Position numbers and translations under genes: made by a program. Below are positions 42,113 through 54,549 of a DNA stretch of 64,000 nucleotides, piece after piece. The stretch is from Octopus sinensis (taxonomy: Eukaryota): assembly GCF_006345805.1 (NCBI RefSeq), contig NC_042999.1, forward strand, positions 46,686,001 to 46,750,000, in the 5' to 3' direction. How positions within the stretch are numbered: position 1 is the stretch's first letter; every line of letters begins with the position of its first letter. The notes beneath the pieces were generated by a model, which was not told the DNA's origin, searched no databases, and saw nothing but the letters and a program-made list of their open reading frames with translations.

Positions 42113-42535
42113 TCCTTCTACTATAGGAACAAGGCCTGAAATTTGGGGGAAGAGTATAGTCGACTACTGGTACTTAACTTATCGACCCCGAAAAGTTGAA
42201 AGGCAAAGTTGACTTCGGCGGCATTTGAACTCAGACGGTATCGACGGCGAGCTGGCAGAAACGTTTGCACGCCGGGCGAAATGCTGAGTGGTATTTCGTC
42301 TGCCGTTACGTTGTGAGTTCAAATTCCGCCGAGGTCGACTTTGCCTTTCATCCTTTCGGGGTCGATAAATTAAGTACCAGTTACGCACTGGGGTCGATGT
42401 AATCGACTTAATACCTATGTCTGTCCTTGTTTGTCCCCTCTATGTTTAGCCCCTTGTGGGTAATAACGAAATAGGTATCGACGGGCGAAATACCGCCAGG
42501 TATTTCGTTCAGCGTGCTAAGAGTTCTGCCAGCTA
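42110..42535. mobile_element. Plus-strand SINE C (42248-42473) nested in a minus-strand SINE C
   Basis: 11-bp direct repeat GGTATCGACGG at 42237-42247 and 42474-42484; the host continues on both sides. Confidence 0.85.
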
Positions 42536-42539
42536 ATAA

Positions 42540-44194
42540 TAGTTTGCGTGAAGACTAGAGGAACGCATGATATGTTATACATAGACAAAGCAATTCTAAA
42601 TGAAGGGAAAGCTAGAAAGGAAAATAGCAGGCAACATAAGAGAATTAATTAACTGTAGCATGAAGAAGTGGAAAATAAATCGCTATTCAGGTTAGGGAAG
42701 TCGATATCAAGAAAGAAATTTTCCAAGGAGACTCGTTTTTCTCCTTTGATATTTGTCTTACGCTTGATCCCCCACAGTTTAGTATTAAGGAAAGCAAAGG
42801 TAGAGTATCAGTTCAGAAATAGCAAGGGAAAATTAACCATTTGCTCTACCTGAATCATTTGAAGCTGTTTAGTAAGAATGAAAAAGAGGTAGATTCCTTA
42901 ATACAGACTAAAAGACTTTTCAGTAAATATATAGGCATGGAATTTGGCATAGATAAGTGTGCAATATTAGTCATAAGAAGGGGACAGGTAGGTACCAGCG
43001 AAGGCATTCAATTTCTGAATTAGCAAAGCTAGATAGAATTAGGAAGGAATCCGATGTGAATGGAGGACTCCACCTACGGGCTGGATTAGCAAGATTATAC
43101 CTACCTAGAAACGAAGGTTCAAGTGAGTTAATATCAGTAGAAGACTGCTTGGGGTTAGCTAGCTTATGTAGGTGAGAGTGAAGAAATATTATTAACAGCT
43201 GCTAGAGTTAGAGCTTGACATAGGGAATCCAAAACCTCAAACGCACTTAAAAACCAGAAAAAATAACAGAAAATATCTGATTGGCTCGAGAAGGCCTTTT
43301 ATGGTAGATTCCCAAAGATAGTTGCAGCAAATAGTAGTAGTTATAGTTATAGTTGCAGCAGAAAGGAAAACTGAAGAGGAAGAAAAGAAGTTTGTTAGTA
43401 GCTGCACAAGATAAAGCATTGAGGACTAATTGGATAAAGGCCAAGATAGACAAAATCCAAGTAGATTCCCATTGTGGATTATACAAATCAAAAGAGGAAA
43501 GCGTTTCTCACATAATAAGTGAATGTAGCATGCAGGTACAGAAAGAATACAAGAAAAGACATAACAATCTAGGGAGAGCGATCCGCTAGGAGCTATGTAG
43601 AAAGGTAGGATTTGAACATACTGATAACTGGTATGAATATGAACTTAGTAAAGAAATAGAAAGTAAGAAATATAATACGTTGTGGGACTTCAACATTCAG
43701 ACTGACAGTATAATAGGCTTTACAGTCCTAAATGATGGAGACATTAATATGAGAAGGATAGACAAAATAGCAAAATACCAGGACCTAGCCATTGAATGAC
43801 AGTGCTGTTAAAATGTATCCCAGTAGCTAGAGGTACATTGGAAACTATCCCTAAAGATCTGAACACATGGATAGAGGAAATAGACACCAAAACCTGGTTT
43901 AATACAGCTCCAGAAACCAGTGTTATTAGGGATAACTAGGATACTTAGGAGGGATCTTGGCACCTAATGTTGCTTGCTGTAGCCCGATAGGAGGGTTCTT
44001 GAAATTTAGGCTACTTGTAGCACGATGTTAGGATTTTTCTTTTCCAAGTCTAATCTATTGAGTGTATATGAAAATAATGCTATTGGGAACAGCTACGATA
44101 CAGAGGAACGGTTTTGGCATCGAAGGTTACTTGTTATAGCCCGATGTTAGGAATTTTCCTTTTCCTCCAGTCTAATCTGTTGCGTGTATATGAA

Positions 44195-44195
<1 letters not shown>
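42540..44195 (+). mobile_element. R4/Dong-type retrotransposon (decayed) with duplicated 3' UTR segment
   Basis: RGTHDMLYIDKAIL, GLHLRAGLARLYLPRNEG, LLVAAQDKALRTNW, CGLYKSKEESVSHIISEC and WDFNIQTD motifs. Confidence 0.85.
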
Positions 44196-44244
<49 letters not shown>

Positions 44245-44250
44245 ATAATA

Positions 44251-44309
<59 letters not shown>

Positions 44310-44310
<1 letters not shown>

Positions 44311-46085
44311 CGCACAGTACGGATATAAAATGTTTGATAAAAATATAAATCATCTCATCTACATGGATGATTTAAAGCTCTTTTCAAATATTGACCAACA
44401 GCTCAAGGGCTTACTAACGATTGGTATACAATTCAGTCATGACATCAGAATGCAATTTGGCCTCGATAAATGTGCAAAAGCTACCTTTATCAAAGGAAAA
44501 ATGACAGAAACATCTAACGTTTACCTTGACCAGCAGAATGTCATAAAAGAGTTAGACCCAGCGGACAGCTACAAGTACCTAGGGTAAATTGAAGAGGATG
44601 GAATATGGCACTCAGTGATGAAGGAAAGGATCAGAAGAGAATGTTATCACAGACTAACAGCAATAATGAAGACAGAGCTGAATGCGAGACACAGGATCGA
44701 AGCGATCAATGATTTAGCCATACCAGTCAGGACTTACAGTTCCAATATCGTTAACTGGTCAATTACTGAAATATGTAATCTTGACAGAAAAATACGAAAA
44801 CTGTTGACAATGCATAGAATGCACCACCCTAAGGCAGATATAGAACGACTTTATCTGCTAAGAAAAGGCCGTGGACTTTTACAACTGGCAATAACAATGA
44901 AGATTGCTACAACTGGCCTAGACACCTACCTGAAAAACTCTGAGGACTGGATGTTAAAACTTGTCTCAAAGCATGAAAACAAGAAAGCATTACACTCAGT
45001 AACAAAACAGGCAAAGGAATATCTAAGTGAATTCCGAATACAACAAATTTCAGAATTGGACATACAAGAAACAAGCACAGAAAAAGCTAAGCGTGTGAAA
45101 ACCCGTGCTAAAACTGCTGCCTTAGATATTCTGAATGATAAATGGCAAGAACAACCTCTCAATGGCAAATACCCAAAGAGAGCGAATAATGCAGATGTTG
45201 ACAAAGCCCTGACCCATCAATGGCTAACGGCCTTTGGCTTAAAATCTGAAGCAGAAGGGTTTATCATAGCAGCTCAAGATCAATGCCTACCCACAAGGAA
45301 CTACCAGGCCAACATATTAAAGAACGTCAGTAACACAACGTGTCGTGTATGTCAACAACAAAATGAAACCATTGATAATGTTGTCTCCAAGTGCAGTCTT
45401 CTAGCGCCTACAGAGTATCTCAACAGGCACGATAGAGCTGCGCAATATATTCACTGGACTTGCCTCATGATAAAAACTGGTGGGAACACAAACCACCTCC
45501 AGTGCTTGAAAATGACCACATCACACTCCTCTGGAACTTCACCATTCAAACTGACAGAAAGATAGACGCGAATAGGCCAGACATCATAGTAAAAGACTTC
45601 AGACAATAAACACGCCTCCGCATTGATATGACTGTCCCAATCAATATAAACGTATCTGTCAAGACCTACCAGAAACTGAGCAAATATAAAAATCTGGAAA
45701 CAGAAATCAGCAAAATGTGGAACCTGAAGACTAAAACAATACCTGTTGTCATAGGTGCCCTGGCAATGATAGCAAAAGGGGCTGATTGCTACCTAACTCA
45801 GATACCAGGAAACCCAAAAATGGCAGAAATTCAAAAGATAGTGCTCATGGGAACTGCTCATATCCTACGCAAAATACTTTCTTTGTAATCTCAAGTTTTA
45901 AAACAAATATAATTTTCGTATGTTTTTTTTAGGCATTCACTAGTACAACACTAAATACAAAACCAAATATATGGCACCCTAGGCATAGCACCAACATGAA
46001 CTTCCAACTTGTTGTCTCTTGAGGTCTCTGGGTGAGACTTGAAGCCAGCTTGTGCAAATGTAAAGCAAAATTCAAACATAGAATA
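44310..46085 (+). mobile_element. 5'-truncated R4/Dong-type retrotransposon, least decayed copy
   Basis: Bounded by (AAT)n on both sides; contains the coding remnant 44330-45888 and a 3' UTR ending AAATTCAAACATAG(AAT)n. Confidence 0.92.
44330..45888 (+). pseudogene. RT C-terminus, CCHC-like finger and restriction-like endonuclease of an R4-clade element
   Basis: HLIYMDDLK, YKYLG, GFIIAAQDQ, CRVCQQQNETIDNVVSKC, RHD, NRPDIIV..D, K..KY; stop at 44585-44587, frameshift near 45460, further stop near 45608. Confidence 0.9.
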
Positions 46086-46799
46086 ATAATAATAATAAGA
46101 AGAAGAAGAATTACAATAATCCTTATTTTTGAACAAAGTCAGCAATTTAGAGAGTGGTGAATGTCGCTTGCATCGACCCCAGTGCTTATCTAATACTAAT
46201 GTTATCGACTTCGAAAGGATGAAAAGCAAATCATCAACATCAGTTTTCTTATTTACTAGAGGGAAAATGGCAGATGGGACAGAATAAGACTAAGTAAAGG
46301 TTTCAAATGATTATAATATATTACCAGATAAATTTTGAGAAATTCTTAATAAGATTTGTCGCATTACTTAGTATTGTTATCATTTTGAAATACACAGGCG
46401 TGTTGCCAAATGAAGTTATATTTCAATGCTTCTGACCACATTTACTATAAAACATCAATCTATTTTTCTGCTTCACTGTTCCTTTCAAAATCCTATTACA
46501 TATAAACTGTCTTTATCAATATATCTGAATGTTTTCTTTATTTACTTTAATAGGCGTCAGCCTCTCAGTTTATTTACACAGAACGCTTGTCCACATAGGC
46601 ATACACATGTTTATGCGTATGTTTGCACTTATAGAACTATGCGCTTTAGAGCACGCATGTGGTTCGAGACCCGTAGGCGATGTTACAAAAATTTTCGTCC
46701 ACTTCTGTATCACACACACACGCAAACACATTCACTCACGCACGCTCATATGAATACATACACATATATACTATATATATATATATATATATATACTTT

Positions 46800-46990
46800 C
46801 ATTCTTTTACTTGCTTCAGTCATTTGACTGCGGTCATGCTGGAGCACCGCTTTTAGTCATACAAATAAACTCCAGGACTTATTCTTTGTAGGCCTAGTAC
46901 TTATACTATCGTTCTCTTCTGCCGGAACACTAAGTTACGGGAACGTAAACACACCAATCACGGTGGTGGGGAAGGAACAAACACAGACAC
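46800..46990 (-). mobile_element. SINE family B 3' half
   Basis: Reverse complement of the 14640-14820 tail. Confidence 0.85.
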
Positions 46991-47954
46991 ACAAACATAT
47001 ACACAAGCATTCACACACACACTCACACACGTGCGCACACACACACACACACATATATATATGTATGTATGCATTTATATATATATATGTATATATTCAT
47101 ATATGTATATATACATATATATATATGTATATATGTATATATATGTATATATGCATATATATGTATATATATGTGTGTATACACACATACATATACATAT
47201 AAAGCAAGATATACTTACTCATAACCTTATACAGCAAACATGAGCGAGAATTTGAATGCTTAATGCTGATAGGCAATTAAACACGTATTCTGCGGTATTT
47301 CATACAAATATCCATTGGACTTACGATACGTAACTCTGAAATGTTCCTCTGAGCATATCACAATTTAGCGACGTATCGCATCAGCACTAAATTCAGCAAT
47401 GGTTCGACAGTTTACAATACTCAATTCCACAGACTTGGTGAGAAAGAAGGCTGAAATAAAATTTTATGGTCTATCTGATTATGTGGTATTACGAGTCGAA
47501 GCTTTCAGTAATGCACTGTTGACACGGTAGTATAAATCCCTCTCGAGGCATTATCTGAATTATCTGCGATTTGTGTCAACCAGCGTAATATGAATCCTAA
47601 TGGCGAAGAAAATTAAATCTGAACAGCATTTCTCATTCGATTGCTTAACTGAGCAAAATATCATTAACGGTACACTGTATCGCTGTCATTAAAGCAAAAG
47701 CCAAACAAATATTCAATCGTTTTAATGTGATCGTTATTTGTATATTATATCAACATTGTATTATATAAGAAAGAAGATATAAGAAAAATTTCTCTTCAGT
47801 ATAAACTGATCTAATTTATACAGAATTTCTGCATAAGCAATATTTTTTGTGCATTAGTATTCATCTCCATTCTTTCCGTGCCAAAATTTTAAGTCCACTT
47901 ATATTTCTTGCTATTGTCATAGCTTAAGCATTAGCATTTAGTCACGGCAAAACA

Positions 47955-48146
47955 AACAGGAAGGGAGAGTGAGAGAAATTTGGGACGAAAGAGTACAACA
48001 GGGGTCGCCTCCACCCCCTGCCAGAGCCTCGTGGAGCTTTTAGGTGTTTTCGCTCAATAAACACACAAAACGCCTGGTCTGGGAATGGAAACGGCGATCC
48101 TCCGACCGCGAGTCCGCTGCCCTTACCACTGGGCCATTGCGCCTCC
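47955..48146 (-). mobile_element. SINE family A 5' half
   Basis: Reverse complement of GGAGGCGCAATGGCCCAGTGG... Confidence 0.85.
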
Positions 48147-48378
48147 CAGTATCGTCAAGCACAGCAATAAATCCATGTTAGTTCAAGGTACGCTGGTAAG
48201 GATATGTCATACGTGGATATTTGTTATAGTTTAAAGAGAAGGAACCAGTAAATATATACACAAGTGCTTCTATATGTACATGCACGTGTACACTTGTGTC
48301 TGAGTGTGCATTTACATATTTATGTACACACGCGTGTGTGTATGTGTTTACATATATATAAGCGTGTATATATATATA

Positions 48379-48421
<43 letters not shown>

Positions 48422-48719
48422 CACATATAAATTGTGGTTGATCCCACCAATCAGTCTCGTACTAAGGTTTCAAAGGGATGCCAGATAACAGATAACAGCC
48501 TGTTTATGCAACCATGCGCTCTTCAGGGAGGACATTTATGGAAGTATATATGAAGAGCACTAGGCTACATAACTGGTCCTTCATCCAACACCGCGTGGAA
48601 CCCCCAGAGCAAATTCAATTGGTAAGATTAGTGGTAATGGATACATAATACTGTACACGTTTGATTAATATATCCACTCTATAGACAAATACACAAGCGC
48701 ATATTTTGTTTGTTCATTG

Positions 48720-48754
<35 letters not shown>

Positions 48755-48879
48755 GACAGCCATGTGCTTGAAACTCAGAGTACCAAGGATTCTGAATAAA
48801 AGTGTTTTGATCTATACATGTAACTCCTAACAAATGTGTTGAGTGCCTTCTTTCATTTGTCTACTCACTCGTGTGTGTT

Positions 48880-48987
<108 letters not shown>

Positions 48988-49332
48988 ATGAAAGTATTAG
49001 GGAAAATCGTACTCAATATCCAGAGTAGAGTTTGTATATTTTATTACAGGCTAAGGCTCCTTGAAACAGGGTGGAATGTAGGGTGGTAATAGCATATAGT
49101 GAAGGCACTATGACAGGGTAGTGTTGGTGGGATGGGACCTGAAATATCAGGGCTTTGAAGTGTCAGGCTGGAGGTCTATATGGAGATTATGTGTGTGTAT
49201 GTATATGCATGCACGCATGATGTATGTATGTGTGTGTGTGTGTTGAATGAGAGAGCAAAGTGTAATTTTAGTTTTCTTCTCCACCCCTCATTTTAAATCA
49301 AATAGAGGTTGGTTACCCTAAAGGAGCAGATA

Positions 49333-49383
<51 letters not shown>

Positions 49384-49384
49384 C

Positions 49385-49415
<31 letters not shown>

Positions 49416-50652
49416 TTCGTTATAACATTCATTTTCACTCAGGAACGTTGACATCTGTGCTAAACTGATTTTGTAAAGTAGGTTCGTGGTTTACGGCATT
49501 GAGATTCTGTTGGTGAGGAGATACATTCTATTTTGTATAATTGTAGTATATACTTAGCGTCTGTATGATATTAGATCTGATAAAATGTTCTTCTATTATT
49601 TGTAAGATCGTTTAAGACGCATTCATCCCTTTTATACCTATGGTGTACTTGGTTTATATCAGCTACTATATGGCTTCTGTGTTTTACTAAGTATTTCGTA
49701 TCTCTATGTAAAATCTGTGTTCGTATTATTCTACAGTTTAGTCAACGAACACGGAATTGTCAAGGTTTTGTTTAATTTCACCACCACGTTATTGTCTAAT
49801 GTTTGTTTTATTCTTAGCGATTCTTCTTCAAAGAACTTACATCTGATCAGGATTGACAAACTAAACGCAGATAAAATACTGGATTCGCAATAACTGACTA
49901 CACTAGTTTCTCAAAAGATATGACTTACTCCCTATATCAGTAATCGGAAATACGTTATTATTTTTGTTGTTGTTGTTGTTAAGGCAGCGAGCTGGCACAG
50001 TCGAAATACGTTTTCCAGCAAGTAAAGCCGTGTTTGAAAAATGTAAGAAAGGCAACATAACAATAACTGAGTGAAACTGTCGGTGCTGATGCAGAGGCTG
50101 CCATAATAATCCTGACCATCTGAAGAAAAAGGCAACCGAAGGGCGCTACATACCAAAGTATGTATACAAGGCTGATGAAATTGAACTTTTCTTGAAATGC
50201 ATGCATGCCACAACATTTAATTCTCACTAAGAAAAATCAACAGCCGGAATTAAAGATGTCCAGAATTGTTTAACAGAACATTTAAGAGAAGAAATGCCCA
50301 TGGTGGTATCAAATTAACGATTATACTCTGGAATAACTGAGAAGATACAAAGGCTTTCAAATATTATGCTAAGTTTAATCTATCTCTAAAATAACACAGA
50401 AATAGGATGCTTAAGAGCATTTATGAAGAGTGTATTATAAATATATTTTGGTCCGGCTGTAGAATGACACATTGTCTGACACATATTCTGCAAGGCATTG
50501 CTAGTTTTGGACAATGCACGAAGGAGCCCAGTGAATCCAAATTAGACTTATGATAATTTGAGTGCAGAATTCTTAAGAAAACAAATTTTCGCCAAACAAA
50601 TTTTGAGCGTTCTCTATCTTGATCTGGAAATTATGTTTTATAAGAGACAGAC

Positions 50653-50723
50653 TACGCTGATGATCTTGCAGATATTTGCGTGTTTATATACGTAAATATT
50701 AAGAAGAGAAACCATGGTACGTA
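50653..50723 (+). ncRNA. Type-I hammerhead ribozyme with extended stem II
   Basis: UACG-CUGAUGA-UCUU(...AUAUUUGCGU/ACGUAAAUAU...)AAGA-GAAAC-CAUG-GUA-CGUA; ACCAUGGU palindrome; predicted cleavage after A50719. Confidence 0.85.
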
Positions 50724-50996
50724 ATTAATCGTTTTTTATTTCGTATATTTCATTTGTCTTGTTTATTTTTACATTTTGGTTCTTGGCTGAGTTTTTTTCT
50801 TGAGAACACATTCTTCGTGGTAATGACGATTTGACGTCTATGTTTAGCATATAGGTGTCCACTTTAGTGGTCATTCCTCTAAATTTTGTATGTAACACAA
50901 TATTTAATCTTTGGATTAAAAAAAAAAAAAGCTAAGCCACTGGTTATAATTGATTAATATCAATTTCTACCCTTATTATTTAAATTTTATATATAT

Positions 50997-51899
50997 ACAC
51001 TTGGTATGATCAATAAGTATCCGGACTGTTGCCATAGTAACGAGGCTAAGGTACGTAGAGTGAAGCCATTTGGTATAGATTGATCACGATCTCTGCTGTG
51101 CATGTACACAAATTCTTAACGTTCTGTCTCACTTCTGTTTACAGTAGTTGGATGTTACATGTGTAATGTATATCGCATTGACCATGAGAGAAAATGTTGT
51201 CTAGATGATACCTGATCAGAGCCTTGTACAAAATTGCAAATAGTGTATGGAAAGGAGTGTATGAGCTGCATACAAGTGTTTTCAAGATGGCCGAAAAAAT
51301 GTCGACAGTGACCAACATTCTGGTAGACCCACAACCAGCAAAACTGAGAAAAACATTGCAGATATGCGTGTAGCTGTAAGAGGCAATCGTTGAATCACAA
51401 ACTAAAAGTTATCAGAAGATATGCAGCTCAGTTACGGTTCAGTTCAGTCCATGAACACTGACGATTTGGGTATGAGACGCGTGTCTGCCAAATTTGTGCC
51501 CAAACTGCTTTCAGCTGACCAAAACGGCAAGAGGTTTTCAATTGCCCACGATCTCCTTGATTGTGTCGAAAGATGATGAAAACTTTTTGAAAACTTTGCG
51601 TAGTCCTGTAAGCAGGTATCGTCAAGCGTTTGGCAAAATTTCAGCAAAACTGGAGCAAAATTGGAGCAAAATTTAGCAAAATTCGAGCAAAATTCTCTGT
51701 TCAACTCCCCCGTCATACTCAAACGTTACACACGTTACTCCCAAGCACTGCTGTAAAAACGGAAGTGAATGAGAACATTAAAACTTAGCGCGCATTCACA
51801 GCAGAGTTCAAGGTCAATCTGTGCCAAGCGGCGTTACTCTGCGTGCTTTAGCGCCGCTATTATGGCAACAGTCTAGATACTTGTTAAACAGAGCGCGTA
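50997..51899 (+). mobile_element. Internally deleted mariner-like element with both TIRs
   Basis: Ends TCAATAAGTATCCGGACTGTTGCCATA and TATGGCAACAGTCTAGATACTTGTTAAA; DDQHSGRP and MRRVSAKFVPKLLSADQ motifs; TA-rich flanks. Confidence 0.85.
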
Positions 51900-52062
51900 T
51901 TTATGTATATTCTTATATCTAGGGGGAAGTCGTTATGCCGATAAAATAGTAAAGTCACAACTGATGGAAATACACAAATTCACTATAAAGCAATGCAGCA
52001 TACAGATAAAAAAGAAGTGCATACATACATACATATACCTACATACATACATACATATACAT

Positions 52063-52100
<38 letters not shown>

Positions 52101-52101
52101 G

Positions 52102-52149
<48 letters not shown>

Positions 52150-54549
52150 TAATAATAATAATAATAGAGAGAGATATGCCTATTTGTGTATTTAATCTCT
52201 AAAATACAGTGGTATATGGACTGTAGCTATATGACACTATGTTTTTTACATATCTGTAAATGATAATCTAACTTTTATGAAAACATAATTAGAATTATAA
52301 GTTCATATAATGAAAATATAGATATATTTTTGTAAGCCGAATCACGAAAATACGTTGAGTAAAATACAATTTATAAATGCCAACATGGATGTTTTACAAA
52401 ATAGCACATAAAATCTTTAAAATATTAAACCATTATTGTTGATAGAAATAGAGTATAATGCAATGGTGCATACAGAATTGAAAATTGGTCATAATGCCTT
52501 TTAACAATATTGTGCTATCAATTTTATATTTATAATATAATTTTAGTTATATATCAGTCCAAAAGTTCAGCGAGTAGGTCAATGAGATTGTTCAAAAGTC
52601 ATGCCTTTCTCAAGATTAATTGCTGCATAACTCGATTGTATTAGCTTCAAGAGGTATTAAATCTGTTTCAAGGGCTCGGTTGGGTTGGAATTTAGCTGTT
52701 GCGTTTTGGCTCGGGTTTTGAAAGAAAAATCAATGGAGAAAGGAAAAAAGAAAAAAAACAGCTAACGTAAATATATGTTCGTTTCTACGAACACATAGAC
52801 CATGTCGAATGGTCTATTTTTTTCTGTCTTTGTAAAACAAAAAAGCAAGACATAATATAGGGAGGTTCAATGAGTCTCCACATAAACATAACTGACGTCC
52901 ATATTGCTGTTAGGTTCAGCATTTCAATACCATAACAATTGGTTTAAAATATTTATATCTCCTGCTTGATTTAGTTTCGATATTTACTTTTCAAAAGACG
53001 CTAATAATAGTATCTAAAAATGGCTTGCTTTTAATAGTTCCAACTTCGTGAGTGAAATGGAAAATGAGATTCCTTATTTTTAAAACATTTATGTTGTTTT
53101 TATACATCTAATGTTTTATTGCTTGAAAAACGTGAGTGAAATTTAGTAGTAATAAAGTGACTTATTCACTATCGATAAATTTATTAATGTCTTTATCAGT
53201 GATATATGAGATTATGGCAGCATACGGTCAATGAATTAATCAAAATCTCATTTACTGATGATAGTTCAATGTCCAGCTTCGCAATGCAAATATCAACTTT
53301 TATACCTAAATATATGTGAAAAATGATAGTAACATCGTAAACGAATAAGAAATTTCGCTTTCAGCTCATGTCTTCACAAATTTCTATCAGTCGCAGGTAC
53401 TTTAAGAGAAGAAGTAAGTTGTAGAAATTTATTGCGGAAACTAAATAGAAGAAATTTCTTTTCACTTACATTTCATGAATACATCCCTTCATATGGTTTT
53501 GACTTACTCAGATTTTCTTTTACATACCTAGCTAATTACTTATTTACAAAACCTTCTGAAGTGTATCTCCATTAAAATTACAGAATTATGTACACTTATA
53601 CTTTCCCTACCTGACTGAGAGTCCTAGAAGTAAAAATATAAATATAAATATATGGAAAGGTGGTATAAACAAGTATATAGACTAAGATTGTGCGTATTCC
53701 TCAAACCGGACAGGTATACAACCATTCAGTAATACAATAATGAACTTGGTTCATTGGTTCTCCATATCACACTGTCTTTGGGTAGCAACTGTTACTTCGT
53801 ATTTACTTACCCCTAGAAAGTATGAAAGATACCCAGTATTTCCTTCAAATTTTGATTTTGTTACTTTTATTGAAACCGCAAACAATCACTCTCAGCACAT
53901 GGCTATGATACTTCCCCCCACTTCTCCTGTTCATGATCAGAGGTGCACATAACAGCCACAAAGGTCAAGCAAGTGTTAAGATCAAGCAAATGTCAAGCAA
54001 ATCTGTGGTATTGAGCAGAATATTTGCTTTAACGATATTTCTGCTTCAACCACTCGTCCCGGTCACAAAAGCAAAGTTTGAAGAGAATAGTAGTCGTTTC
54101 CTTTGATTTCTAGATAGAAGCGAATAGGAAATAACACTAACCAAAGACAAAAAATTATAGAGAAAATTGTAACGCGTAGTCATTTCTACCATTGCCAATA
54201 AGCTTCATGTTGTGTGCCGATGATTCCTAGTGTAGGAATGACTCTTATTTTATTCACCATAAAATTAGAAGTAGATGTGACTTAAATTCAATACGTGTTT
54301 AAATATTAACGACAGTATGGCCATCTGCTAAACAATTACATGTAATTAATAAACTCTGTAGAAATATTTGGAGTTGTGTATTCGTTTTCGATACATAAAT
54401 GCTCAGCTCGACATATTTGAAACATAGCGGTATATAATCTATTCTTTGCTTTATAACAAGAGGAAAAACCTGTAATTTTGTAGGATAACTTATGCTGCAT
54501 TGAACAATCGTAATTACATTTATTTTCTAAATCGGAAGGGAAGAAAAGA

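Noticed and set aside
50651-50672. DYADDL read as an RT catalytic motif
   Set aside because: It is isolated and out of order relative to nearby LINE remnants; the same bases form a fully paired hammerhead, which explains them better.
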